This document shows, piece by piece, positions 19,370 to 30,424 of a DNA stretch of 64,000 nt. Both the position numbers and the translations under genes were made by a program. Origin of the DNA: an uncultured Nitrospiraceae bacterium (GTDB lineage: Bacteria; Nitrospirota; Thermodesulfovibrionia; Thermodesulfovibrionales; Dissulfurispiraceae). How positions within the stretch are numbered: the first letter of the stretch is position 1; every line of letters starts with the position of its first letter. The notes under the pieces are model-generated. The model ran no database searches. It saw nothing but the letters and a program-made list of their open reading frames with translations, and had not been told where the DNA came from. The stretch is taken from contig CAVSHF010000003.1 of NCBI GenBank assembly GCA_963727805.1, positions 2,208,001 through 2,272,000 on the forward strand, in the 5' to 3' direction.

Positions 19370-20641
19370 TTATTGATACATTTTCGACCCGATCTTTGAC
19401 GTCAAATCCCCGAGCATGTTCGTATAGCTCCCGAGTTCGTTGTCATACCACCCGTAAACAACCGCCTGCGTGATCGGAATTTTCACGATGGGGCCCACTC
19501 CTTCGGGCGCTGTTCCCTTTGCATAATGCCTGCCGATATCGAGAGACACGACCGCCGTCCTCGTATGGGTCTCATTGCCCTCGATTATCACCGCAGGGCC
19601 GAAGCAGCCGATGATATCCGAGGAGACATTCTGCTCTTCCGTATATTTGATATATCCCTTTATTTCCCTCTCTGCGGCGTCAAGGTATATCTTGTTGATA
19701 AGGGCGCGGTTGATGAGCGGATTGTCCTCTTCGTCATACATGGCGATAACCAATATTATCAACGATCCGGTCGCTATCGGCACCCTGACCGACTGGGCGA
19801 TAAAGCCAATCCTGTTCATCTCGGGCAGAACAAGTGCAAGGGTTTTAGCGGCGCCGGTGCTCGTGAGGATGATATTGTTCATGATGCTTCTGTTTTTTCT
19901 GAGGTCTTTCGCTCCTTCCTTTGGGAGCCGGTCAAGGACTTGCTGTGATCCGGTAGAGGCGTGGACCGTAGCCATAGAGAGGCTCAAAATTTTGCCTGGA
20001 CCGAAATAATCGAGGAGTGGCTTCACGATATAGGCAAGGCAGGTAGTAGTGCATGAGGCTGCTGAGATGATATGATGCCGTCCGTGATCATAGTCATTGT
20101 CGTTGATGCCTGCGATGAGCGTCACGGCATCGTCGGGAAACGGAACACCTTTCTCTCTGATCTTAAACGGGGCCGAGACGATCACCTTTTCAGCGCCTGC
20201 CTCAAGATGGCCGCGGGCCGAGCCGCTCCGAGCGTCGGGCGTTGCCGTGGGGTCGGTGTATTTCCCCGTTGCATCAACAACAAGTTTGACGCCATGCTTC
20301 CTCCACGGTATCTCTTTGGGATTGCGCGTCTCCCTCAAAATAGTCACTCGTACGCCATCGATCACCATCGTCCCCTTTTCTTCATCGAGATGCGTGATCA
20401 GCCGTTCTGCACGATAACCATACAGATAGGTATGGAGCATTCCATAGGAGGAATCCTTCTCAATATACAAAGCAATGTCTTCGAGCTTCGTCCCGACCTT
20501 GCGTCCTATATTCACAACGATCTCTGAAAATTGTTTCCGCCCTATGTGATGCCAAAGCGTGAGCTTGCCGATTCTTCCAAGACCATTGATACCGAGGACG
20601 GGCTTTTTCTCAAAAAGCATCGTCACAACTTTCTCCGCCAT
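19370..20641 (-). CDS. Atypical long glyceraldehyde-3-phosphate dehydrogenase-family protein
   Basis: GINGLGRIG, AASCTTTCL (catalytic Cys), TVH, STGAAK, WYDNE; 423 aa with insertions. Confidence 0.85.
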   Translation of the reverse strand: MAEKVVTMLFEKKPVLGINGLGRIGKLTLWHHIGRKQFSEIVVNIGRKVGTKLEDIALYIEKDSSYGMLHTYLYGYRAERLITHLDEEKGTMVIDGVRVTILRETRNPKEIPWRKHGVKLVVDATGKYTDPTATPDARSGSARGHLEAGAEKVIVSAPFKIREKGVPFPDDAVTLIAGINDNDYDHGRHHIISAASCTTTCLAYIVKPLLDYFGPGKILSLSMATVHASTGSQQVLDRLPKEGAKDLRKNRSIMNNIILTSTGAAKTLALVLPEMNRIGFIAQSVRVPIATGSLIILVIAMYDEEDNPLINRALINKIYLDAAEREIKGYIKYTEEQNVSSDIIGCFGPAVIIEGNETHTRTAVVSLDIGRHYAKGTAPEGVGPIVKIPITQAVVYGWYDNELGSYTNMLGDLTSKIGSKMYQ

Positions 20642-20693
20642 ATTATCCCCCCACTATGTTAATTGGTATTTATCGGTTTATTCAAAAACCAGT

Positions 20694-23600
20694 TCACGTC
20701 AACGGCATGACCTCTTTTGCCTTGTGCATCCCAAGGTAGACTGACCCATTCCTTCCGTCGATGCTGAGGAAATCACCCGCCTTTATCGTCTTGCGGTCCA
20801 GCCTGCATTTCTTCTCGTGCTCAAGAACGACAAGCTTGTTACATCCTACAACGCAGGTCTTTCCGAGCCTGTTGGCGATGATGGCGGCATGCGAGGTCGA
20901 GCCTCCACGCGCAGTGAGCAGCCCATCGGCAGCCGATATTTGCCTTATGTCATCAGGCACCGTATCGGATCGAAGGAGAATCACCGGTGTTGACGGGTCC
21001 TTTCCCTTGAATGTACGTATATCCTCAAGGTCGAAGGCAACCTTTCCACTTAATGCTCCGCCCCCCACCCCTATTCCGTTCGAAAGATATCCGGCCGAAA
21101 GTTCCGGTGAAGGGATGAATGCCATGAACGCCTCTCCACGCGTAATGGCCATGTCACGGGCCTGAAGAATATGAAGATTTTCTGGGTCCCCCCCTTCGAA
21201 GGTGAATTCAATTTCCTGAGCACCCCAGCCCTGCTCGTAAATGAGATCTTTCATTATCCTAAGGAGGTGATAATGGATGGCCGGAAACAGGTCTTCCAGT
21301 GAATAATCATTAGCCCTCTCCTCCATGCGTTTCTGCTCGTTGGATATGGGCAGTGTCTTCACCAGACCAGCTACGATATCTTCTCCTTGCGCACCCGTCA
21401 TAAAGTCACCCCACAACATGACCCTGTCACCGGGCTCACGGGGATTCCGCGTAAAGAGTACCCCCGTGCCTGCCCCAGTGTCAAGATTGCCGTAAATCAT
21501 TTCCTGTACGATAACGGCGGTCCCCCAGTTTTCGGACAGACTGAGTATGTCACGATAGTCCTTTGCCTTCGCTGACATCCAAGAACTGAAGACCAGATCA
21601 ATTGCCCCGTGAAGCTGCTTTATAGGGTCATCCGAGACCTCTATGCCCGCATCTGCCACTATTTTTTTATAGGCGAGAGCAACTCCTTTCATCTGGTCGG
21701 GACTAAACTCAATCTTAAGTCCGACCCGGTATTTCTTTTTGTATGAATCGATGACAGCGTCGAAGGCATCTCGCTCCATACCAAAAGACATACCCCAGCT
21801 CTGGAGAAAACGACGGTAGCAGTCCCAGGCGAACCAGCCCTTCCTCTTTTGCCTGATCAGCCCCTCGACAATGCTCTCATTTATCCCGACATTGAGCAGG
21901 GAATCCATCATCCCCGGCATCGAGATCGCACCGCCGCTCCTCACCGAAACAAGAAGAGGGTTATCGGGATTGCCGAAGAGTTTACCACTCCTCTCCTCAA
22001 GATGGCGCAGTTCTGCTTCAATACACTTGTTGAGATGTTCCGCTGCATAGCTGAAGCGACCGATAGCCTCGCGACAGCGAAATACCTCGGTAGTGATGAT
22101 GAAACCTGGTGGGACCTTAACCCCAAGGGCGGCGAGCTTAGCAAGATTGTATCCCTTATTGCCAAGATGTATCCGGTCGCTTGTAGCACTGTTAGGACTG
22201 TGGATATCCGACAGTGCTCTTTTCTGATCATAGCTCATGAGCAGGTCGAGGTTACTCATATCGAGTCCGCCCCCCTGCTCGAAAAGGGTCTTCAGGATCC
22301 TACTGATAAAGACATCGAGCTGCTGAAGACTTAAAGAAGAAGCAACGGTTTCTCGCAGGAACTGTTCTGCGATTTTATTGATGAATTCGAACTCGCTATG
22401 TCCCTGTGCAGCCTCGCCGTACCTGGACAGCATATTGCTAACTCCTATCTGGGGAATGATGACCTTCAGGGTGCCTTTGTGAATACCGCTGCAATAGGTG
22501 TTGACGATATCCTGCACCGCATCAGCAAACCCCCGGAATATATCAATGTACTGCGAGAAGGAAAATCTTTTTACCTCAAGTGAGCCCGACAAGAGTTCGA
22601 GGGTGTTTTCGAGTCGGTTCGATGAGATTCCGTCGAGTCTGAGGGCTCTGAAGAAAAGGTTCGCATACTTTTCGATCTCGACAAGAGTCGCCCGTGTTAT
22701 ATAAGTCAGGTTGATCGAATTGATCAACTCCTCGAAATAGATATTAGCGAGATTTTCTAGCCTATAGGTCATCGAGAGGGCATTGAATTTCTTTTCAATA
22801 TACCTGCCGTACATAGAAGGGATACCTGCGGCGATATGCCGTTTGCGAGCGATGTCCTCGATTGCCTCAAACTTCTCCGGCGCGAGAATGATGTCCTTGA
22901 GTTGCTCAAGGTAGTCAAGGACAGCCGAAATCCTCTGCTGAGGCCCTCCCTGTTCGAGAACGGCGATGAGCGCCTCAGCGGATGGAAGCCCCATACCGGC
23001 GGATTGTTTCAATTGCTCCCCTATGTCCTGCGAAGTGAGCCTGTATTTCGCATAGAGCATCTGGTAAAACCTGATAGCAAGCCAGGCGCGTCTCTTTTCA
23101 TTTGGGCTAACATCCAAATCTTTAATCGATGCGATAATTTCGGCTTCTGAGTAGCCGAGAAGGTCGGTAACACCGGTGATTGCTTTCCAGTTGACAAAGG
23201 TTGTGAAAATCAGATGGAGGTCGTCGACAAAGGGTCCCGATTCGCTTATCCGGCCATGGATATCTTCGGGCAGAAAATGGGCGAGCGGCCTTTTATCCTT
23301 TGTGAGCCAGAACCTCATAACCTCCTCGGCAAAGTCGACGATAACCGAACTGCTTTCTATGTGACTATGTTTACGGAGAAAACGGATGAGCGGGTCGGCT
23401 GTGCGGGTTGCATCATCGAGGGCAGTTGAAACCTCACGCAGTTCGCCCTCCGCATTGATGACGTTAAAATAGGCTGGAAACACCTTGGCGAGCTGTTTGA
23501 TGATATGGTAGACAGGCTTGATGTCGCTGTTCAAGAGTTTCGTGATGTCCTTCTGAAAGAGGTCGGTGTCGACTATGTTCACTCCTGCCAGCGTAAGGTT

Positions 23601-24875
23601 GATCATAAGTGCCGATATGAGCACTTTCGACCACTTGGGATTCATAGCGATTAGATCGAGCCAGACACGGATATTTTTCAGATGTGCCTTGTTTGATACC
23701 AATTGCCATTCATCGGTAATCCCTTTGACGTTTGGATACTGGAACCCGAAAAAGATGATCTGACGGCCGAACCATTCGACGAAAGCGCTCTCTCCCGAAT
23801 TATATATTTCACATCCTATGAGCTGAATACTGTGCAGAGTTATAGCCGGATATGCCCTAAAGGCTTCTTTAAGAGCTTTTATCGGCGTAGCCAGAATCGC
23901 CTCCATCCGTGGCATCTGTGGCCGCCCGACGGATCTGATAAAAGCTGCGAGGGTTCGGCCCATCTCTCGAATTGAAGACTCATGAATATCTATAAGTCCT
24001 TCTGCTTTCAAGATGTCCATAAGATAAGTGGTTTTGAGCCTGAAGTCTTTCAGATCGTCTCCCGTACCGGGTAGCATGCCGATAACATCTTCATAATAAG
24101 TAGTTATCTGCGTGAAAGAAGGCAGCTTAAGCATTTCCTCAAGCGCTGAGTAACTGTCTTCTACTCCTGAACCACCGATCCCCTCAAGATGCTTTTTCAA
24201 TCCTGTCAGGTTTCCATGTGCGACGGGAAAGAACAACTCATTGAGTTTATTTCTCTCTTTTACAGTTAAAGAAACGTCTGTGACGTCCTTTAAGCAGTCC
24301 GCGGGGTCTTCCTGTTTTAACCAGTAAGCGTAAGTTTCCGAAAGATATCTGAAATAGAGAGAGTTGAATGGACGAGCATCGAATCCCTCGGATCGCCTGT
24401 CGAGTATAAGCCGGCCTGCCTTTTTCAGCTGATGGGGATTTGAAATCACAGGGAAAAACATCTCTTGCGGCAGTTGCCTCAAAGCATCGCTACATTTCCG
24501 CACAGCAGGATCATATTCTTCGAGCTTCTGCTTGCCGTCCATGATGATCTTTTCGAAATAAACGAGGAGACCGTCAAGGGCGGCTGATGCCGTCTTTTGC
24601 CCAGAGGCTTTAACGGCTTCGAGGAAAATATCGATGATGGTCTGAATCGCCTCGATTCCCCGTTCATGGTGGTCGTGGAGCGAAAAGTTCTTCAGGGCAT
24701 ATGCGCGGAGTTCCTTCAGCAGAATAGGCCAGTTCCTAGTCTCTTGTTGCAGTTCATGAAACAGGGGAGTGGTGCTGCCCAGAACCCCTGGATACTCGCT
24801 CACAACCTCCTGCAAGATTGAGTAATCTGGTGCGGGCGGTACTTTGATTCCTGAGTCTATTTTTGGCGGATTCAT
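20694..24875 (-). CDS. PPDK-like dikinase: long unknown N-terminus + ATP-grasp + phospho-His swivel domain, no C-terminal pyruvate barrel
   Basis: LGNKG, VPPGFIITT, SVRSGG..SMPGMM, GTGVLFTR, QGED, EIEFTFE, LQAR, GGSTSHAA; ends soon after SIDGRNG. Confidence 0.85.
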   Translation of the reverse strand: MNPPKIDSGIKVPPAPDYSILQEVVSEYPGVLGSTTPLFHELQQETRNWPILLKELRAYALKNFSLHDHHERGIEAIQTIIDIFLEAVKASGQKTASAALDGLLVYFEKIIMDGKQKLEEYDPAVRKCSDALRQLPQEMFFPVISNPHQLKKAGRLILDRRSEGFDARPFNSLYFRYLSETYAYWLKQEDPADCLKDVTDVSLTVKERNKLNELFFPVAHGNLTGLKKHLEGIGGSGVEDSYSALEEMLKLPSFTQITTYYEDVIGMLPGTGDDLKDFRLKTTYLMDILKAEGLIDIHESSIREMGRTLAAFIRSVGRPQMPRMEAILATPIKALKEAFRAYPAITLHSIQLIGCEIYNSGESAFVEWFGRQIIFFGFQYPNVKGITDEWQLVSNKAHLKNIRVWLDLIAMNPKWSKVLISALMINLTLAGVNIVDTDLFQKDITKLLNSDIKPVYHIIKQLAKVFPAYFNVINAEGELREVSTALDDATRTADPLIRFLRKHSHIESSSVIVDFAEEVMRFWLTKDKRPLAHFLPEDIHGRISESGPFVDDLHLIFTTFVNWKAITGVTDLLGYSEAEIIASIKDLDVSPNEKRRAWLAIRFYQMLYAKYRLTSQDIGEQLKQSAGMGLPSAEALIAVLEQGGPQQRISAVLDYLEQLKDIILAPEKFEAIEDIARKRHIAAGIPSMYGRYIEKKFNALSMTYRLENLANIYFEELINSINLTYITRATLVEIEKYANLFFRALRLDGISSNRLENTLELLSGSLEVKRFSFSQYIDIFRGFADAVQDIVNTYCSGIHKGTLKVIIPQIGVSNMLSRYGEAAQGHSEFEFINKIAEQFLRETVASSLSLQQLDVFISRILKTLFEQGGGLDMSNLDLLMSYDQKRALSDIHSPNSATSDRIHLGNKGYNLAKLAALGVKVPPGFIITTEVFRCREAIGRFSYAAEHLNKCIEAELRHLEERSGKLFGNPDNPLLVSVRSGGAISMPGMMDSLLNVGINESIVEGLIRQKRKGWFAWDCYRRFLQSWGMSFGMERDAFDAVIDSYKKKYRVGLKIEFSPDQMKGVALAYKKIVADAGIEVSDDPIKQLHGAIDLVFSSWMSAKAKDYRDILSLSENWGTAVIVQEMIYGNLDTGAGTGVLFTRNPREPGDRVMLWGDFMTGAQGEDIVAGLVKTLPISNEQKRMEERANDYSLEDLFPAIHYHLLRIMKDLIYEQGWGAQEIEFTFEGGDPENLHILQARDMAITRGEAFMAFIPSPELSAGYLSNGIGVGGGALSGKVAFDLEDIRTFKGKDPSTPVILLRSDTVPDDIRQISAADGLLTARGGSTSHAAIIANRLGKTCVVGCNKLVVLEHEKKCRLDRKTIKAGDFLSIDGRNGSVYLGMHKAKEVMPLT

Positions 24876-25484
24876 TTCCCTTCTCCGTCAGAGAAAAAGT
24901 TGGATTAATACAATTATATAACGGAACTGTCAGATTCCACATTTATTCTCCGCTATTTTTTACATCAAGGATCATAAATCATGATCTCGTTTTTCAACTC
25001 TATATGCAAGCCAGTTTGAAATATCACGACTCTTAAGCGATAAGTACGTCCGAAAATTCACCCTTATCTTGACCATTGTGTTCTGTATATTGTCTGCATG
25101 CTGGCTTCTAGGACACTACACGGATATCGCTGCACTCGACCCGAAGAAGGCGAAGATAGCCTTGATCGTTGAGACTGACTCCCGAGGCGAGGGTCATCAT
25201 ATCTACCCCGAGATAGGAATACATAGTCAAACGTTATTGATTCGTATTCCCATCCTACGGAACATGATAACCTCATATCTTAACCGCAGGGGGGCAGAGG
25301 AAGGTGGGAAAAGAGAATTTCTCACTGCACCGGGTCGAATGGACAATATGGGTTAATTTCCTATTCATAGTCGGATCGATTATCTACGACTGTAGCACCA
25401 AAGATAGTAAAAAGCAGACAGTGGCGGAAGAGGGGCGTCACTGTCTGCCTGCTTATCTCTCTGCAAAGTGTATGCGATCAATAC

Positions 25485-25691
25485 TTAAGAAGCCAACTTC
25501 TGGAAATCCTTGCATGCTCTCCAAGGTGAAAGGAATAATTCATGAAGGCTGCAGACCCCGGATTCAGCCCACACTGACCCGTAGGCGGAACTGAGGGAAT
25601 TAAGCCCGGGGAAGGTGCTCTCAATCATTGCGGACCGATTATCAAAATATTTGCAATTTACGCATTTATCTTTCATATGATCCTTCTGCAT
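25485..25691 (-). CDS. Small four-Cys protein downstream of the YeiH transporter
   Basis: CVNCKYF...GVC...RACKDF; same strand as, and 43 nt after, the transporter. Confidence 0.65.
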   Translation of the reverse strand: MQKDHMKDKCVNCKYFDNRSAMIESTFPGLNSLSSAYGSVWAESGVCSLHELFLSPWRACKDFQKLAS

Positions 25692-25734
25692 TCATGTCCT
25701 TACCAAGCTCTAATGCGCCTCTCCGGCAGGCATG

Positions 25735-27165
25735 CTACTTGCCCAGTTGAGACCAATAGTCCCCGAATACATAAACGGACAGTATAAAACCGAGCGTCAC
25801 ATTTACCAGGACACCTATCGTGAAGGAGATGAAAGGCTTCCATCCGGCTGACTTGAGTTCTTTGAATCGCGTCGTAAGCCCGATGCTCATGAAGCAGAAA
25901 ATAAAGGCCCATGTGCGAAGCCCTGCGATGGGTCCAAAGACCCCTGGTTTAAAAACCTTATTGAAGTCCGTTGCCGAATAGCCAGTTGCTATAATGGTCA
26001 TAACGAGCGACGCCAAGAAAAATCCTAACACAAACTTCGGGAACCTCCACCATATCTCCATGGCGCTCGGCCTTACCCCGCACTCCTCTTTCTCCCATTT
26101 GAGGCAGGCGATCAACGCAAAGACAAATGACCAGATACCTATCCAGATGTCCCTACCAATGACCTTCATTAATGTAAATCCCTGAATGGCCGCGTCCTCA
26201 TTGCCTGCCATTTTCCCGTAAGCACTGGCAGCGGCAAAACCGGCGGCATCTGCAAACTCTGATGTCCCCACCCATGCTCCAGCTATTCCGGGATTAAGAT
26301 TAAGCGTCTTTGAAACAAATGGGATAAAGAATACCATGACTATAGCCCAGACAACTACGAGGGTAACCGAGGTATATAAATGCTCCTTTTTCGCGCCAAC
26401 CGCGCTTGCGATGGCCATGGAGCCAGAAACGCCGCATACGGCGCCTCCTGTGCCGATTACTGCTGCAAGCCGCTTATCGAGCCCGAACAACTTCGTTGCT
26501 GCAAAGTAAATTGTCAGGCAAGTCGTAAGCGATATTAGCGTTGCCTGAAAGAGAGCAATCGGTCCCGCTGACGCTACAAGGTTTAGGGGGAATGTTGCGC
26601 CGAGAAGGACAATGCCCGTTTTAATATAGTATTCCACTCTGAAGCCGGAATCCATCCATTTAGGAAAGGGAAAAACGTTTGCTATGATAAGCCCTACTAA
26701 AAGCGCCGCAATCGGTGGCTCCAGCATCCACCTGCCCGCGTCCTGCCATCCGCCAATCAAAAAAGCTAATATTGATAAGAAATAGAGAATGACGAATGCC
26801 GGAATAAACTCCGACGTCTTTATACGCATTATCTTGGTGGTAATGCTGAATATAACCAGCCAGAACAGAAATTGTATGCCGTATAGACCTATATTATTTG
26901 AGAAGTGCTCAACTACCTTACCGAAAGAGTTGGACGTCCATTTCAATCCCCCTGGATTGATTGCAAGCGATTTTGCAAATGTCGAACCGTTCAAAAAAGC
27001 GAGAAGGCAAAGCAGCGCAATGCCAAAGCCTACATAGATAGCCCACCAATCCTCCTTTAAATATAACTCCTTCCAGCCCATTTCCTTGGACTTTGGCGAT
27101 TCCTCAGCAGCACACTTCTTTGTTTCGCAGTAGTCTGTTGTGGGTCTTAATGGATCATCAGACAT
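25735..27165 (-). CDS. YeiH/putative sulfate exporter family membrane protein
   Basis: Polytopic; EDWWA, EYYIKTGIVLLGA, GGAVCGVS, RFPKFVLGF, SIGLTTRF. Confidence 0.85.
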   Translation of the reverse strand: MSDDPLRPTTDYCETKKCAAEESPKSKEMGWKELYLKEDWWAIYVGFGIALLCLLAFLNGSTFAKSLAINPGGLKWTSNSFGKVVEHFSNNIGLYGIQFLFWLVIFSITTKIMRIKTSEFIPAFVILYFLSILAFLIGGWQDAGRWMLEPPIAALLVGLIIANVFPFPKWMDSGFRVEYYIKTGIVLLGATFPLNLVASAGPIALFQATLISLTTCLTIYFAATKLFGLDKRLAAVIGTGGAVCGVSGSMAIASAVGAKKEHLYTSVTLVVVWAIVMVFFIPFVSKTLNLNPGIAGAWVGTSEFADAAGFAAASAYGKMAGNEDAAIQGFTLMKVIGRDIWIGIWSFVFALIACLKWEKEECGVRPSAMEIWWRFPKFVLGFFLASLVMTIIATGYSATDFNKVFKPGVFGPIAGLRTWAFIFCFMSIGLTTRFKELKSAGWKPFISFTIGVLVNVTLGFILSVYVFGDYWSQLGK

Positions 27166-27218
27166 AGTTTTTCTCCTTTTTCTTGAATTAAATAAATATC
27201 ATACAAAATCATACAAAA

Positions 27219-27235
27219 AAGCAATAGCCGGTCCA
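27219..27235 (-). promoter_or_regulatory. Candidate sigma-54 (-24/-12) promoter for the YeiH gene
   Basis: Minus strand TGGACCGGCTATTGCTT = GG-N10-GC with TTGCT, about 55 nt upstream of the ATG. Confidence 0.5.
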
Positions 27236-27371
27236 CAGATGTTTAAACAGGTGCTCTAATGTTTTACTGAGATATTATAGAATTCGGCAATAGTGTTGAC
27301 CTTTCAGGATTTCAAGAAATACTGATTGTCTCAGATTTAAAGTAATAAAATCACAACGAATTGTCAATAAG

Positions 27372-28200
27372 TCACTTACCAGGAGTTCCCAAAAAATTCC
27401 ATGCGCTGGACGGAAATCGCGTGGCTTGTCCCGTGTCCCGTGGCTGCGGTCTTAAGATTCGTCCTGGATATCGCCTGAAAATGCTCGTTAACCCATCAGC
27501 AATGCTGTAATAGTCAAACTCCCGGATCCCGAATACTCGTTTCGATTCCTTAAATACATAACCAGCCATTACTTAAGGTTCGATGCCGTATCCAACGACA
27601 CTGCAACAAAATATGCTGCAGCGCACCAGCGGCATCATATTCTGAGGGCTCTGATAGTTCACACCCTGACATCTTCGAGTTCGTAATTCTGATTTATGTA
27701 GCGTATCGTCTCCTATAGAGCCCATCTGAGAATGCACACCACAATACCTTCCGACTCCTCCTCAGAGGCTCCGCCGTCAGCAGCAGCATCGGCTCATGCC
27801 CAAATCCTCGCACCACTAACAATCCGAGATTCTCCTCCCTACCCGGAAATCTCATGCTCCGATATCCAAATTCAATATAGTACACCTTCTTTTTTCGGTC
27901 ATCCACTTTCAATACTGTCTCGGCGTACAAGGGCGGACAGGCTTCACCAAATCTGCATAATGGTGGATAGATTCATAAAGAGGAGCGAACTTTCATCAAT
28001 AACCCTCAAAGAAATATTGAGGCATCTACGATTTCTTGCTTGTTTTTGCGAAAAAACCTGTTATTTTTCTTTCAACATGATCACTTCCACAGTGTGGACA
28101 TACGATCTTTGGAACAGCTTCATATTCTTTGAGTGAAAGAAAAATGACAAACTCCTTTAAACAATCCTTACAAGCATAGTCATATGCAGGCATTTGTCCT
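27372..28200 (-). pseudogene. Degraded DDE transposase (IS4/ISH3-like) remnant
   Basis: Fragments LLVVRGFGHEPMLLLT and RVFGIREFDYYSIADG broken by stops and frameshifts; boundaries approximate. Confidence 0.6.
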
Positions 28201-28378
28201 CCCTTCAGTCCTGTAATGAATCTTTTTCGAACACTACAAATTTATACCTCAGGATGTAACTAGGCACTCAGGGGTAACGCTTGCCAACATTTTTACGAGG
28301 CTTGTTGCCAACGTGACCACAGGAAAGAACCCGCCAACCCTGTCCTTATTATTATTTGTCGTTTGAACTGCCCGGATA

Positions 28379-28738
28379 TTAAAAGAACTTCTCTTCAATA
28401 ACGACATTGACGTCTCTCAGTCTTTTGTAATCCTCTTTAAGCCTTGCATTTGCTATACTGGTGTCGACTTTTGCCTCGTCTGTGGACGCACCAACCGAAC
28501 TTAACATATAAACCTTTGCTACCTTTCGATCGTCACTCCCAACTTTAAAGGTAAAAAGGGCCGAAAGAAGAACCATATCCAATTCATCTTTGCCCTCCTC
28601 ACTATGCCCTGGATGAGCCTTCTGCGCAACAAACTGTTTTTGAAGGTCAACGGATGCATTAAATTTTGCACCCGATTTTGCGAATACAATAAAATCCTCC
28701 AGTCTTCCAAATCCAGTAAGTTCCGACGGTGTTGCCAT
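28379..28738 (-). CDS. Hypothetical protein
   Basis: RBS AAGGAGG before MATPSEL; 119 aa. Confidence 0.7.
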   Translation of the reverse strand: MATPSELTGFGRLEDFIVFAKSGAKFNASVDLQKQFVAQKAHPGHSEEGKDELDMVLLSALFTFKVGSDDRKVAKVYMLSSVGASTDEAKVDTSIANARLKEDYKRLRDVNVVIEEKFF

Positions 28739-29114
28739 ATTGACCTCCTTATATGAGTCCTGCATTTTAATATGGTCTTCCTTTTTGAAATATACACATT
28801 TTTGTCACACTTGCAAACTTACTGGTGATATATCATACTTGTGTTACGCAGCAGTTTTTTACGCGAACATGGCAAATAATCATGAAAAGCTTAGGGCAAC
28901 AAGCTTCAAGCACTGGGGAAAAGATGATCATACTACTCCCTATCACATCTGCTGGCATAAGCAATACTCTCCCGTAGCTGCCATGACCAACGATATACCG
29001 ACTTGCATATATTATCTTTTTTGTTCCCGATCTGCAGTCTCCTTTTTCTGGAATCAGTAGTGAAGAAAATTACTTCTTGTCGTAAAAGAATACGATGGTC
29101 AATTTCACTGAAAC

Positions 29115-29783
29115 ATGTGTATTATTGAAGTAATGAAATACAATGTCGACATTCATGTCCACTCATGGGCAAGTGGAGACTCCGAAGCAGACCCTGAAGA
29201 ATCGATTCTCCAGGCGATAAAGATTCGACTTCATGGAATCGCTTTCACTGAACATTACTCATATGAGTCTTCGGAGCCAGTTGAGATGTTGCGTGAAAGG
29301 TACAAGAATGAAATACTGGTATTCCGTGGTGTTGAGTTTTCAGCCGCTGAAGGGCATTGTCTTATATTTGGAGTGAATACGGACAAATTTCTTTCAAAGC
29401 ATATGTCCATCACAGAAATTCTATCGGTCGTGAATCAGTACGGAGGCGTTGTCATCCCCTCTCATCCTTTTCGAGGGATTAACAGCCTTGGTGACACCAT
29501 AAGAGGAATAAATGGCATATGCGCCATCGAAGGCCACAATGGCTATAATCTTCATTCTTTTAATATGAAGGCTGTTCAAGCCGCGACAGCATTACGACTT
29601 CCTTTTACGGGAGGATCGGATGCGCATGACTCCCATGATGTGGGGTTGTGTTATACGGAATTCTCTGATCGAATGACTCAGGACAATTTTATCGACCTCC
29701 TGAAAGCGGGGAATTACCGTGGAGTGGATGCGAGAATTATAAGTAAAGTGTCATTCCTCAATCTGAAGGATAGCAGACATTAA
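29115..29783 (+). CDS. PHP-domain metallophosphoesterase
   Basis: DIHVHS, FTEH, GVEFS..GH, SHPFR, GGSDAH. Confidence 0.88.
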   Translation: MCIIEVMKYNVDIHVHSWASGDSEADPEESILQAIKIRLHGIAFTEHYSYESSEPVEMLRERYKNEILVFRGVEFSAAEGHCLIFGVNTDKFLSKHMSITEILSVVNQYGGVVIPSHPFRGINSLGDTIRGINGICAIEGHNGYNLHSFNMKAVQAATALRLPFTGGSDAHDSHDVGLCYTEFSDRMTQDNFIDLLKAGNYRGVDARIISKVSFLNLKDSRH

Positions 29784-29839
29784 GCTTTGACATTTTGTTT
29801 GGCAACATTGATCACTAATACCACAGTAAGGAGAAAGCT

Positions 29840-30415
29840 ATGTTCAGGAAAATCATCATTACCATGACCATCTGCCTGCTTCTCGGCGGAATAGCAAGTG
29901 CCTCAGGGGAAACACAAAAAAATCCGGTGGTGCTCATGAAAACGTCTCTCGGGAACATCAAAATCGAACTCTTCCAGAAAAAGGCTCCGATCACTGTGCA
30001 AAACTTTCTTTTTTATGTTAAGGATGGTTTTTATCGCGACACCATCTTTCACCGGGTAATCTCCGGCTTCATGATCCAGGGGGGCGGCTTTACAGCCGAT
30101 TTAAAAATAAAACGCACTAGCCCGCCGATCAAAAATGAGTCGTCTAATGGCCTAAAGAACGACCGGGGGACCATCGCTATGGCCCGCACCGCCAACCCCG
30201 ACAGTGCAACCTCCCAGTTCTTCATCAATGTGGCGAATAATGATAGTCTCAACCGGCCGCTCCCCGATGGTTACGGCTATGCGGTGTTCGGCAGGGTAAT
30301 TGAGGGGATGGATGTCGTGAGCAAGATAGCGGCGGTCAAGACGGGGATGCGGATGGACTTCCAGGATGTGCCTCAGACGTCTGTTGTTATCAAGTCTATA
30401 GATATCGTCGAGTAA
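29840..30415 (+). CDS. ppiA: Periplasmic cyclophilin-type peptidyl-prolyl isomerase
   Basis: Signal peptide; [38 protein letters not shown]. Confidence 0.9.
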   Translation: MFRKIIITMTICLLLGGIASASGETQKNPVVLMKTSLGNIKIELFQKKAPITVQNFLFYVKDGFYRDTIFHRVISGFMIQGGGFTADLKIKRTSPPIKNESSNGLKNDRGTIAMARTANPDSATSQFFINVANNDSLNRPLPDGYGYAVFGRVIEGMDVVSKIAAVKTGMRMDFQDVPQTSVVIKSIDIVE

Positions 30416-30424
30416 TCACCTTTC

